From positions 64,542 through 128,541 of the IMG/VR virus record IMGVR_UViG_3300035663_000001: a stretch of DNA of 64,000 bases; one strand, written 5' to 3'. Numbering within the stretch: position 1 is the first letter of the stretch; each line of letters opens with the position of its first letter. The stretch comes from a virus. The position numbers were made by a program, and so were the translations under genes. The notes below the pieces were generated by a model. The model was not told the origin of the DNA. It made no database searches and saw only the letters and a program-made list of their open reading frames with translations. Below are positions 46,955 through 56,423 of the stretch, piece by piece.

Positions 46955-47338
46955 TTAAGCGGTGGAGTTATCTCTAACATATTTGTCTTGAGGAAAAGAA
47001 CCATCAGGTCGATACACCGCAGTAATTGCTCTCTCAGATAGGCATTCAAAATCAGTATATTCGCCTTGTTCTTGAACGACAATATCGCCCTCCTGGTAAA
47101 TATTGTCATTCATCTTGACGGATCCTAATAAGATAATAGTCACTTCTTCGCTTTTTAAATGGCAATGGGATTGTTCATAATCCCCTTGTTGATAATATTT
47201 GAATCCTAATTCATAATCCTTTTGATATACATGGGGCTCAAATTGCCCCACCATCCATCCACGAGTCATATTATTTAATTTAAATAATTTCATTTTTATT
47301 TCCAGGTAAAATTTATGCAAATCTGTATTCACTGTCAC
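46955..47338 (-). CDS. cupin-domain protein (likely start 47293)
   Basis: GWMVGQFEP...HCH...E...GDIVV. Confidence 0.7.
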   Translation of the reverse strand: MTVNTDLHKFYLEIKMKLFKLNNMTRGWMVGQFEPHVYQKDYELGFKYYQQGDYEQSHCHLKSEEVTIILLGSVKMNDNIYQEGDIVVQEQGEYTDFECLSERAITAVYRPDGSFPQDKYVRDNSTA

Positions 47339-47650
47339 GATGAATTTGAGTTACATTCACCTGCCAAAAAATTAGCAGGAGGCAAAATTAATGAGTGCCC
47401 CGAATGTGCTAACGAATCAACCATTAAATATGCTGGAGTTCAATCTGCCGACGGCAAACAGGCTCAAGCTACTATTCTTAAGTTCAAATCTGAACAAGAT
47501 AAATCCGTATATTTAAACTTTTGGCAGAATAATTCTGGTTTACATAAAGGTAAATCCTGCCAATTAGGCAATCATTTATCCACTACCCCTTCTATTAAGT
47601 TTGAGATTATTACTAATTTTAGTCCAACTAATCATAAAGGCAAGAGCTAA
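47315..47650 (+). CDS. Zn-ribbon hypothetical protein
   Basis: CIHC...CPEC. Confidence 0.5.
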   Translation: MQICIHCHDEFELHSPAKKLAGGKINECPECANESTIKYAGVQSADGKQAQATILKFKSEQDKSVYLNFWQNNSGLHKGKSCQLGNHLSTTPSIKFEIITNFSPTNHKGKS

Positions 47651-47806
47651 CAGTAACTTATAAAATTACCGCCACCGGTTAACGGTCCGTGGCTCGTGCC
47701 ACGGCTCGCGTATTTTTTAAGATGGGCCATCGTATTTATTACGATGGTGGCACCTGGTTAGGCTTGGAAAAGTTGGCTAGCGATATCAATTAATTAGCAA
47801 TATAAT

Positions 47807-48349
47807 ATGTCAAAAAAATTAGAAATAGAGAGAAGATTTATAGTGAAATTTCCTTCCTCTTGGACTGCTTTGGCATCTATGTTAGAAGGATTAATAGATA
47901 TTAAAAGAATTTGCCAAACTTACTTAAAGCCAAAAGGCGAAGAACAATCTGGTCGAGTCAGAAAAACGGTTGCTGGATTAGCTGACAACAAGAAAACAGT
48001 TTATCATTTTAATCAAAAAAAGCCAGTTGCAACTGGCGTGCATCAAGAGTTAGAAAAAGAGATTTCATTATCCCAATATCAGAAATATTTAACTCAAGCC
48101 CATCCAGAAAAAGTATCTATCGATAAAACTAGGTTTCTTTTTAGATATAAAGATCAGATATTTGAGTTAGATATTTTTAAAGTACCATTAAAAGGTCTAG
48201 CAATTTTAGAGATAGAATTATCTAATAAATCTGACCCAATTCGTTTCCCTCCATTCTTAACTTTGGTTCAAGAAGTGACGGATAATAGTAATTATACTAA
48301 TTATGCGTTAGCCAGTAAACAATTACACTTATCACTGAAAAATAAGTGA
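47807..48349 (+). CDS. CYTH-domain triphosphatase
   Basis: EIERRF, QTYL, KTRF, ELDIF, EIEL, EVTD. Confidence 0.85.
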   Translation: MSKKLEIERRFIVKFPSSWTALASMLEGLIDIKRICQTYLKPKGEEQSGRVRKTVAGLADNKKTVYHFNQKKPVATGVHQELEKEISLSQYQKYLTQAHPEKVSIDKTRFLFRYKDQIFELDIFKVPLKGLAILEIELSNKSDPIRFPPFLTLVQEVTDNSNYTNYALASKQLHLSLKNK

Positions 48350-48405
48350 TTTAACTTATTAAAAAACTTTCTATTGCTCTATATGTAGAGACTAAGGATA
48401 AATAT

Positions 48406-48888
48406 ATGGATATCAATTCCAGCATTGACACATTATTTGATAAATTTGGCACCAAAGATTGGTTTTTTACCATTGATACTGACGAATTTAATAGAATTGT
48501 CATGTATGTTAAATACATGTGTCATGAAACCCTACATGATATTCCTAATTCTATTAATTATCACCCAATTTTAGTGCACTTTGCTAAAAGTTATGCGTTA
48601 GATAAAGAGCAATTTATACATCAAGAAAAAGATTTAACACCCTCTCAAGTGTCTGTGGTAGAAGAAATTAGTTTTCCCACGGTTAATTTACATTATCTTC
48701 TTTCAGAATTAGACAGATTAGAAAAAATCTGCGGCAGTAATCTCTTGCAAGATATTTTTTATGAGGTGCATGATGGTAAAAATGCTGTTACCAATTATGG
48801 ATCTAAATTTCCAGAAGTAAAAAATGCCATACAAGTATTGTATCATACGTATGGATTTGATGCTATTTACGAAGAGATTGATGGATAA
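48406..48888 (+). CDS. hypothetical protein
   Basis: RBS, ORF. Confidence 0.5.
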   Translation: MDINSSIDTLFDKFGTKDWFFTIDTDEFNRIVMYVKYMCHETLHDIPNSINYHPILVHFAKSYALDKEQFIHQEKDLTPSQVSVVEEISFPTVNLHYLLSELDRLEKICGSNLLQDIFYEVHDGKNAVTNYGSKFPEVKNAIQVLYHTYGFDAIYEEIDG

Positions 48889-49014
48889 TTTTTTGGGTTA
48901 AAAACCAATAAAATCACATATAATATATACGTCTAGGAGGTAATTAACAATTTTTAATTAACAAAACCGCTTTAGTAGGAGTTAGGTAGTTGGCTACCTA
49001 ACATATCCAGAGAC

Positions 49015-49374
49015 ATGGAGTTGCATATGACTGCTCAAAATTTAGATAACTTAACATTAATTAATAATGTTGCTGTCACTGATCAAGATGAAGAGTTTTC
49101 TATTCCTTTAGATATTTCCGATATTATTGCTATTTGCAAAGAGTTTAATAAACTTGGTTGGCAAATTCAAAATCAAATTGAAAATATCCTAGATTTGGGA
49201 GTAGAGGAGTCAATTAAAAGCGGAATTGTTAATCAAAAATCATTACCTTTTATTAAGAGTTTTTTATCCTCTGTTTCTAAAAATGCGTATTTCGGTGATG
49301 CAGTTGCGCAAGCTGAAGAATGTATTCATTTGATTTCGGAATATGAAAATAATTCGCAGTTAGAATTAAACTGA
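49015..49374 (+). CDS. hypothetical protein (likely start 49027)
   Basis: ORF. Confidence 0.5.
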   Translation: MELHMTAQNLDNLTLINNVAVTDQDEEFSIPLDISDIIAICKEFNKLGWQIQNQIENILDLGVEESIKSGIVNQKSLPFIKSFLSSVSKNAYFGDAVAQAEECIHLISEYENNSQLELN

Positions 49375-49397
49375 ATCTTATCACTTAACTAAACACT

Positions 49398-49421
49398 AAG
49401 CGACCTGCGGGTCGCTTTTTT
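49398..49421 (+). terminator. intrinsic terminator
   Basis: AAGCGACC-TGCG-GGTCGCTT followed by T run. Confidence 0.7.
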
Positions 49422-49435
49422 ATTGGAGCCAAAAG

Positions 49436-49636
49436 ATGTCGCCTATAGATCAAGATAAGTTACGAGATTTATTTAAGAATTATTCTCCACAGGAAATAAT
49501 GGTTTCTTTATCTCAATTAGCATTAGAGCAAGCCTCAGAATTTTCTGATCTAGGCTTAGCTGATCAGGCCAAAGATTTAGTAAAATTTTCTATCTCTTTA
49601 GATGATTTAATTTCTGGCAGGCCATTTCTAATCTAA
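49436..49636 (+). CDS. hypothetical protein
   Basis: GGAG RBS. Confidence 0.5.
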   Translation: MSPIDQDKLRDLFKNYSPQEIMVSLSQLALEQASEFSDLGLADQAKDLVKFSISLDDLISGRPFLI

Positions 49637-49653
49637 TATCTTAACATATAATT

Positions 49654-50166
49654 ATGTTAATAGTGTTAACTATAATTATATCATATATTACCACTTTACT
49701 TTTTGGATATGGTTTTCATTGGGCGTTACATCAAACCTGGATGAAAGAAGCTCATCAGGCTCATATGACTCATCATCAAAGGTTATATCCAGCTCATGAT
49801 TATGTTTCTAGCACCTATCGTCATGCAGGTAAAGATGCGGCTCCCAAGTTTTTTATTATTGCCGCCCTCCCGCTAGTGATCTTGCCACTTATTTTATATT
49901 TCTTAGGGTTAATCTCATGTTATTTAGTACTTATTATTTGGAGCGTACAGATACTGACTGGACTAGCTCACAATTACTTACATGATGCTTTTCATATTAA
50001 AAATCATTGGTTGGGGAAAATTCCCGTAATCTACACTATATATAGAAAGTGGAGTTATTTACATTACTTACATCATGTAAATATGCAAATTAATTATGGA
50101 ATTTTCTCTTTTTGGGCCGACAAATTATTTGGAACCTTTCGAGATCATCGAAGAAAAAATAAATGA
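49654..50166 (+). CDS. fatty acid hydroxylase / sterol desaturase family
   Basis: HWALH, HMTHH, HDAFH, HYLHH...NYG His boxes. Confidence 0.85.
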   Translation: MLIVLTIIISYITTLLFGYGFHWALHQTWMKEAHQAHMTHHQRLYPAHDYVSSTYRHAGKDAAPKFFIIAALPLVILPLILYFLGLISCYLVLIIWSVQILTGLAHNYLHDAFHIKNHWLGKIPVIYTIYRKWSYLHYLHHVNMQINYGIFSFWADKLFGTFRDHRRKNK

Positions 50167-50290
50167 ATCTTTGCGTCTGGTGAGGCGAGAACAAAAATTA
50201 TTGGGACAGGCAAATTATTTATCTCCAGAATTCATTCCTTTTAGGACTGAAAGACGAAAAATTGTGTTTCGATAATTTATCGAGGTTAAT

Positions 50291-50809
50291 ATGCAAGAAA
50301 TTAAAGAAGATGAATTTAGTAAATGCTATTATTGGAATGGTCAACTCCATCGAGAAGATGGTCCAGCGGCAGAATGGTCTGAGGGCCATAAGCAATGGTG
50401 GATTCATGGTCAACGACATCGAGAAAACGGTCCAGCTATAGAGTGGGAGAGTGGATCCAAAGAATGGCATCTCTATAGTCAATGCCATCGAGAGGGCGGT
50501 CCAGCGGTAGAAGTAGCTAATGGGGATAAACAATGGTGGCTTCATGGTCAACTCCATCGAATAGATGGTCCAGCCTTAGAAAGCCCGGATAATAAAGTCT
50601 GGTATTTTAATGGACGTCTTCATCGAGAAGATGGCCCTGCTATTGAATATTCTAGTGGAGCTAAAGAGTGGTGGTATCACGGCAAATTACATCGAGAAGA
50701 TGGTCCGGCTATAGAATATGCTAATGGAATTAAATTGTGGTATCTTCAAGATAAAATCTATTCAGGAGAAGAATATTGGAGAGTGGTGAAATTAAAAGCT
50801 TTATGGTAA
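50291..50809 (+). CDS. HREDGPA-repeat protein
   Basis: repeats and tail. Confidence 0.85.
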   Translation: MQEIKEDEFSKCYYWNGQLHREDGPAAEWSEGHKQWWIHGQRHRENGPAIEWESGSKEWHLYSQCHREGGPAVEVANGDKQWWLHGQLHRIDGPALESPDNKVWYFNGRLHREDGPAIEYSSGAKEWWYHGKLHREDGPAIEYANGIKLWYLQDKIYSGEEYWRVVKLKALW

Positions 50810-50813
50810 ATTT

Positions 50814-51134
50814 ATGCAAAAAGTGAAAATAGATCAAGAGGATAATAAATTTTATTACTATAATGGTCAAAAACATCGAGAAGATGGCCCAGCAGTAGAG
50901 TTTATTTCTGGAACCAAAGAATATTATTGGAATGGTATTCTTCATCGAGAAGATGGCCCAGCTATCGAATGGTCTGATGGATCCAAAGAATGGCTTATTC
51001 ATGGTCGACATCATCGAGAAGATGGTCCGGCCATGGATTATATCAATGGAGTAAAATGGTGGTTTCTTCAAAATAAAGAATACTCTGAAGAAGACTATTG
51101 GCGAGTGGTTAAATTGAAAGCGTTATGGCAATAG
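50814..51134 (+). CDS. HREDGPA-repeat protein
   Basis: repeats and tail. Confidence 0.85.
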   Translation: MQKVKIDQEDNKFYYYNGQKHREDGPAVEFISGTKEYYWNGILHREDGPAIEWSDGSKEWLIHGRHHREDGPAMDYINGVKWWFLQNKEYSEEDYWRVVKLKALWQ

Positions 51135-51135
51135 T

Positions 51136-51453
51136 ATGCAAGAAATTAAAATAGATGGAGATGGGACTAAAAAATATTATTGGAATAGTCAGATACATCG
51201 AGAAGATGGTCCAGCTATAGAATGGCCTAATGGTTCTAAAGAGTGGTGGATGCATGGTCAATTGCATCGAGAAAATGCTCCTGCGATGGAGCATAGCACT
51301 GGAATTAAAGTTTGGTATTATCATGGTCAACGACATCGAATAGATGGCCCAGCATTTGAATCACCTTGTGGCTTCACAGGATTCTATATTCAAGGCAAAG
51401 AATATACAGAAGAAGAGTATTGGAGATTAGTTAAATTGAAAGCTTTGTGGTAA
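51136..51453 (+). CDS. HREDGPA-repeat protein
   Basis: repeats and tail. Confidence 0.85.
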   Translation: MQEIKIDGDGTKKYYWNSQIHREDGPAIEWPNGSKEWWMHGQLHRENAPAMEHSTGIKVWYYHGQRHRIDGPAFESPCGFTGFYIQGKEYTEEEYWRLVKLKALW

Positions 51454-51457
51454 AGTT

Positions 51458-51703
51458 ATGCAGGAAATTAAAACAGACCGCTGGGGTAAATATTATTATT
51501 GGAATGGCCAATTACATCGAGAAGATGGTCCTGCCATAGAATATACTGATGGAAGTAAATTTTGGTATCTTCATGATCAGCGTCATCGAGAAGATGGTCC
51601 AGCTATACAACATTTTAGTGGGCTTAAAGAGTGGTGGCTTCAAGGTAAACAATATTCAGAAAAAGAATATTGGCGAGTAGTTAAGCTCAAAGCTTTGTGG
51701 TAA
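51458..51703 (+). CDS. HREDGPA-repeat protein
   Basis: repeats and tail. Confidence 0.85.
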   Translation: MQEIKTDRWGKYYYWNGQLHREDGPAIEYTDGSKFWYLHDQRHREDGPAIQHFSGLKEWWLQGKQYSEKEYWRVVKLKALW

Positions 51704-52086
51704 TTATGCAAACAATTGTAAATCAATTTGGTAATATATATTATTCTTATAATGGTCAGTTACATAGAGAAGATGGTCCTGCTATAGAATATAAAGATGG
51801 TAGAAAAGATTGGTATCTTCATGGTCAACGACATCGAGAAGATGGTCCTGCCATAGAACATCCTAATGATTGTAAACAATGGTGGTTTCATGGTAAATTA
51901 CATCGAACAGATGGTCCAGCAATAGAATATCTTAATGGAGGTAAAGAGTGGTATCTTCACGATGCGATAGAATATGGTGTTAATTCAATTAAAGGATCTG
52001 CTGGAACTAAAGAATGGTATCTTAACGGTCAAAAATATTCAGAAGAAGATTATTGGAGAGTAGTAAAGTTACAAGCTTTATGGTAA
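51697..52086 (+). CDS. HREDGPA-repeat protein
   Basis: repeats and tail. Confidence 0.85.
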   Translation: MVIMQTIVNQFGNIYYSYNGQLHREDGPAIEYKDGRKDWYLHGQRHREDGPAIEHPNDCKQWWFHGKLHRTDGPAIEYLNGGKEWYLHDAIEYGVNSIKGSAGTKEWYLNGQKYSEEDYWRVVKLQALW

Positions 52087-52089
52087 AGT

Positions 52090-52623
52090 ATGCAAAAAAT
52101 TAAAATCGACAAATTGGGGACCAAAAAATATTTTTTGAAAGGTGATCTACATCGAGAAGATGGTCCAGCCCTAGAATATGCTAATGGTAGTAAAGAATGG
52201 TGGATTCATGGTCAACGACATCGAGAAGATGGTCCAGCCATAGATCGTATTAGTGGAGCTAAAGAATGGTGGGTTAAGGGGCAATTACATCGAGAAGATG
52301 GTCCAGCCATAGAATATTCTAATGGAGATAAACAATGGTGGATTCATGGCAAAAGACATCGAGAAGGTGGTCCAGCAGTAGAATCTTTTGATGGAAGTAA
52401 AGAATGGTATCGTCATGGAAAACTTCATCGAGAAGATGGTCCAGCAGTAGAACTGGCTGATGGATATAAAGAATGGTATCGTCATGGAAAACTTCATCGA
52501 GAAGATGGTCCAGCAGTAGAATCTTTTGATGGAAGTAAAAGATGGTTTTACTGCGACGTTAAAATACCAGTCTCTTGTCAATTAGATTTTCAGCGCTATT
52601 TAAAATTAAAATTATTTTGGTAA
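52090..52623 (+). CDS. HREDGPA-repeat protein
   Basis: repeats; tail FQRYLKLKLFW. Confidence 0.85.
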   Translation: MQKIKIDKLGTKKYFLKGDLHREDGPALEYANGSKEWWIHGQRHREDGPAIDRISGAKEWWVKGQLHREDGPAIEYSNGDKQWWIHGKRHREGGPAVESFDGSKEWYRHGKLHREDGPAVELADGYKEWYRHGKLHREDGPAVESFDGSKRWFYCDVKIPVSCQLDFQRYLKLKLFW

Positions 52624-52626
52624 ATT

Positions 52627-52989
52627 ATGTATCAGACGAAAACTATTATAGAAGATAATAAATCTTATTTCTTGCTGATGGATAACGAAGGAGATAAATA
52701 TTGGCTATTCAATAGTACTCTTCATCGAGAAAATGGTCCAGCTATTGAGCGAGCTAATGGCTCTCAAATGTGGTTTAATTACGGTCAACTCCATCGTATG
52801 GATGGGCCAGCCATTATCTATGATAATGGTAATCAAGAGTGGTATTGTCATGATCTTCTTCATCGAGAAGACGGACCAGCCATAGAACATGTTTCTGGCC
52901 GGAAAGAATGGTGGTTTAAAGGCAAATTTGTCACTTCTTCTTCTCAAGAAGAATTTGATAGATCGCTAAAATTACAAGCTTTATGGTGA
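52627..52989 (+). CDS. HREDGPA-repeat protein
   Basis: repeats; tail FDRSLKLQALW. Confidence 0.85.
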   Translation: MYQTKTIIEDNKSYFLLMDNEGDKYWLFNSTLHRENGPAIERANGSQMWFNYGQLHRMDGPAIIYDNGNQEWYCHDLLHREDGPAIEHVSGRKEWWFKGKFVTSSSQEEFDRSLKLQALW

Positions 52990-53382
52990 TTAATAATTTA
53001 ATGTAAACGTAAAATCATCATAATCAATATCTTCGCCATTTTTAACGGTTCCAAATAATTCTAAATTTCTTTGCAGATAATTTCTAATTTGATTAGATAA
53101 TGGAGAGTACTTATCTGTTAAATGGCTAGGAGCTACTGCTGGATAAGAAACTTTAATTTTATTACCGTCTCTGACTACATTAATAGCTAAGGTAGCTCTA
53201 TCCTCTTGTAACATACTAACAAAAGGCATAACACCACTAGTTTCGGTACTAGTAGAAGCATTAGCTACTTGTTGCTTAATATAATCTGCTATTTCTTGTT
53301 TCATTTCATTAGCATCAATATCAGCATATTTTTTTAATAATTTATTAGCTTGTTTAACTAGTTGAAGAGTGGCTTTTTTCAT
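52990..53382 (-). CDS. hypothetical protein
   Basis: ORF. Confidence 0.55.
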   Translation of the reverse strand: MKKATLQLVKQANKLLKKYADIDANEMKQEIADYIKQQVANASTSTETSGVMPFVSMLQEDRATLAINVVRDGNKIKVSYPAVAPSHLTDKYSPLSNQIRNYLQRNLELFGTVKNGEDIDYDDFTFTLNY

Positions 53383-53391
53383 GATCTTTAG

Positions 53392-54651
53392 GCAAGGACA
53401 CCCTCAGCCTTGTGCTGAGGGAGGAATTGCCTCTCCTTTCTGCTATCTAAATAAATTTTTAGGTTACACAAAAATTCCTATATATTGATATATCACTACA
53501 TATGAGGTTATATAGAACGGTCAAACTAAAACTTGATGTCAAGGCAGAAGAAATTCTACCTTCACTGCAAGCTTATACTGCTGCTTTTAATCTTGTCTGT
53601 CAAATAGGTTACAAGAGCAAAATAACTAATTCTATTAAACTACATAAGCTAACTTACCAAGACTGTCGAACTAACTTTAACTTACCATCTCAATTAGCAA
53701 TTTCTGCTAGAACTAAAGCCGCAGAAGCTCTTAAAAGCATTAAAGCTAAAAATAAGTATAGCAAATGTCCACAGTCAAAGTTAGCTGCCATTCGACTAGA
53801 TTGTAATAGCTACTCTATCTCTAAATCTGGAGTTGTGTCTATTCTGACTATTGCTGGTAGAAAGAAAATTAAGCTAGATATTCCTCAGTATTATCAGCAT
53901 TATTTTACTGATTGGAAGTATACTAGTGCTGACCTTCTGATTAAGAAGAATACTATCTATTTGCATATCTCTTTTGAGAAAGAAAGAGAAGACGTAAAGG
54001 TTAATGGTAAGTTTTTAGGAGTTGATCGAGGTATCAAAAAGTTAGCCGTTACTTCAGATAATAAGTTTTATTGCGGAAGTAAACTTAAGTCAATATGTCA
54101 CAAGTATAAAGCATTAAGGAGAAAATTACAGAAAGTTGGTAGTCCATCTGCTAAAAGGCATCTTAGAAACCTTTCAGGTAAAGAAAAACGGTTTAAAGCA
54201 GACATTAACCATCAGATTAGTAAACAGATTATTAATAGTTTAAATCCAGGTGATACCGTAGTACTAGAAAAGTTAATTGGTATTAGAAGATCACGTATGA
54301 GAAAACCTCAAAGATCAGCCTTGAATAGTTGGAATTATTATCAACTAGAGCAGTTCCTAACCTATAAAGGTCAGGCAAAAGGCATACAAGTAGTCCATGT
54401 TAATCCTGCTTATACCAGTCAACAATGTAGTAAATGCGGGTTTACTGAGAAGAAAAACAGGAAGACTCAGGTTAGTTTTTGTTGTCAACAATGTGGATTT
54501 AAACTAAATGCAGACTTAAATGCTAGTAGAAATATTAGCAGACGAGCATTAGATGACTATATGTTATTTAATGGGGCTGAAGTCAATCAGCCTATGGTAA
54601 GAGCAGCGAAGCTACTTACAAGCCACCAGCCTTGTGCTGGTGATAATTGAC
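53392..54651 (+). mobile_element. IS200/IS605-family (IS1341-type, tnpB-only) element
   Basis: subterminal hairpins with shared CAGCCTTGTGCTG core at both ends; right end ...AATTGAC. Confidence 0.8.
53502..54650 (+). CDS. tnpB: TnpB RNA-guided nuclease
   Basis: GVDRG, VLE, NPAYTSQQCSKC, CQQC, NADLNAS. Confidence 0.95.
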   Translation: MRLYRTVKLKLDVKAEEILPSLQAYTAAFNLVCQIGYKSKITNSIKLHKLTYQDCRTNFNLPSQLAISARTKAAEALKSIKAKNKYSKCPQSKLAAIRLDCNSYSISKSGVVSILTIAGRKKIKLDIPQYYQHYFTDWKYTSADLLIKKNTIYLHISFEKEREDVKVNGKFLGVDRGIKKLAVTSDNKFYCGSKLKSICHKYKALRRKLQKVGSPSAKRHLRNLSGKEKRFKADINHQISKQIINSLNPGDTVVLEKLIGIRRSRMRKPQRSALNSWNYYQLEQFLTYKGQAKGIQVVHVNPAYTSQQCSKCGFTEKKNRKTQVSFCCQQCGFKLNADLNASRNISRRALDDYMLFNGAEVNQPMVRAAKLLTSHQPCAGDN

Positions 54652-54680
54652 AAAATTAATGTGATTTTAGTGGCATAATT

Positions 54681-54998
54681 ATGGCAAAAGAAATAATACG
54701 ATTTAGCAATAAGATTCTCTATTTCGAGGATGACCATCTCCATCGAGAAGATGGTCCAGCCATCGAGTTTGCAGATGGTTCTCAAGAATGGTATTTTAAC
54801 GATCAACGTCATCGAGAAGGAGGCCCCGCCATAGAATGGTCTGATGGCAGTAAAGCTTGGTATCTTCATGGTCAACGACATCGAGAAGATGGGCCAGCAG
54901 CCGAATATTCTAGCGGTTTTAAAGCTTGGTTTATTAATGATAAACAATATTCAGAAGAAGACTATTGGCGAGTGGTTAAATTAAAAACTTTATGGTGA
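54681..54998 (+). CDS. HREDGPA-repeat protein
   Basis: repeats and tail. Confidence 0.85.
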   Translation: MAKEIIRFSNKILYFEDDHLHREDGPAIEFADGSQEWYFNDQRHREGGPAIEWSDGSKAWYLHGQRHREDGPAAEYSSGFKAWFINDKQYSEEDYWRVVKLKTLW

Positions 54999-55002
54999 AG
55001 TT

Positions 55003-55317
55003 ATGCAAGAAATTAAAGAAGATCACTGGGGAAAATATTATTATTGGAGTGATCGTCTCCATCGAGAAGATGGCCCTGCGATAAAATTTTTTAATGGCGA
55101 TGAACATTGGTATCTTCATGGCTCTCGTCATCGAGAAGATAGACCAGCCGTAGAATATGCTAATGGAACTAAATATTGGTATCTTCATGGTCAACGACAT
55201 CGAGAAGATGGACCAGCCATAGAATGGTCTAATGGAGATAAAGAGTGGTACCTTCAAGGTAAACAATATACAGAAGAAGAATATTGGCGGCTAGTTAAAT
55301 TAAAAGCTTTATGGTGA
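55003..55317 (+). CDS. HREDGPA-repeat protein
   Basis: repeats and tail. Confidence 0.85.
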   Translation: MQEIKEDHWGKYYYWSDRLHREDGPAIKFFNGDEHWYLHGSRHREDRPAVEYANGTKYWYLHGQRHREDGPAIEWSNGDKEWYLQGKQYTEEEYWRLVKLKALW

Positions 55318-55320
55318 AGT

Positions 55321-55707
55321 ATGCAAGAAATTAAGATAGATAAAGATGGAACTAAAAGATATTATTGGAATGGTTAGCTGCATCGAGAAGATGGTCCAGC
55401 CATAGAATGGCCTAATGGAACTAAAGAGTGGTATTTTCATAATCAACTCCATCGAAAAGATGGTCCAGCCCTAGAATATAATAATGGATCTAAAGAGTGG
55501 TATTTTTATGGAAAGTACCACCGAGAAGATGGCCCGGCCAGAGAATATGCTGATGGAAGTAAAATATGGTGTCTTCATGGTCTTTTCCATCGAGAAGATG
55601 GCCCGGCTATCGAATATGCTAATGGAGATAAATCTTGGTACCTTCACGGTACGCCATATTCAGAAGAAGACTATTGGAGAGTGGTTAAATTACAAGCTTT
55701 GTGGTAA
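55321..55707 (+). pseudogene. full-length HREDGPA-repeat gene with a single in-frame TAG at 55375
   Basis: NG*LHRED where paralogs have NGQLHRED or NGKLHRED. Confidence 0.85.
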
Positions 55708-55710
55708 AGT

Positions 55711-56097
55711 ATGCAAGAAATTAAAATAGATGAATTTGGTAATAAAAGATATTATTGGAATGGTATCATACATCGAGAAGACGGTCCGGCAATAGAGTAT
55801 ATTAATGGGGATAAATATTGGTATTGTCATGGGCGATGGCATAGAGAAGACGGCCCAGCGATAGATAGTTCCCTTGATGGAAAACATTGGTATCTTCATA
55901 GTCAACGTCATCGAGAAGACGGTCCGGCGATAGAATATGCTGATGGTAGTAAAGAATATTGGATTCATGGAAAACGCCATCGAGAAGATGGCCCTGCTCT
56001 AGAATATTCTAATAAAATGAAAGAATGGTACCTTCAAGGTAAACAATATTCAGAGCAAGAATATTGGCGAGTGGTTAAATTGAAAGCTTTATGGTAA
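55711..56097 (+). CDS. HREDGPA-repeat protein
   Basis: repeats and tail. Confidence 0.85.
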   Translation: MQEIKIDEFGNKRYYWNGIIHREDGPAIEYINGDKYWYCHGRWHREDGPAIDSSLDGKHWYLHSQRHREDGPAIEYADGSKEYWIHGKRHREDGPALEYSNKMKEWYLQGKQYSEQEYWRVVKLKALW

Positions 56098-56420
56098 AAT
56101 TTATGCAAAAAATTAAGATAGATAAATTCGGCAATAAAGAATACTATTGGAATGGTGAATTACATCGAGAAGATGGACCCGCAGTAGAATGTGCTAATGG
56201 AGATAAAGAATGGTATTTTAATGACCGATATCATCGAGAAGATGGTCCAGCGGTAGAATTTATTTCTGGATATAAATCTTGGTGGTTTCATGGTCAACGT
56301 CATCGAGAAGATGGTCCAGCAGTAGAATATGCTAATGGTCATAAAGAATGGTGGATTAGACATATTCAGTATTCTGAAGAAAATTATTGGAGAGTAGTAA
56401 AGCTCAAAGTTTTATGGTAA
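56091..56420 (+). CDS. HREDGPA-repeat protein
   Basis: repeats and tail. Confidence 0.85.
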   Translation: MVKFMQKIKIDKFGNKEYYWNGELHREDGPAVECANGDKEWYFNDRYHREDGPAVEFISGYKSWWFHGQRHREDGPAVEYANGHKEWWIRHIQYSEENYWRVVKLKVLW

Positions 56421-56423
56421 AGT

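Noticed and set aside
55375-55377. Genome-wide TAG recoding
   Set aside because: Long genes are intact under code 11, TAG ends several genes normally, and no suppressor tRNA is seen here.
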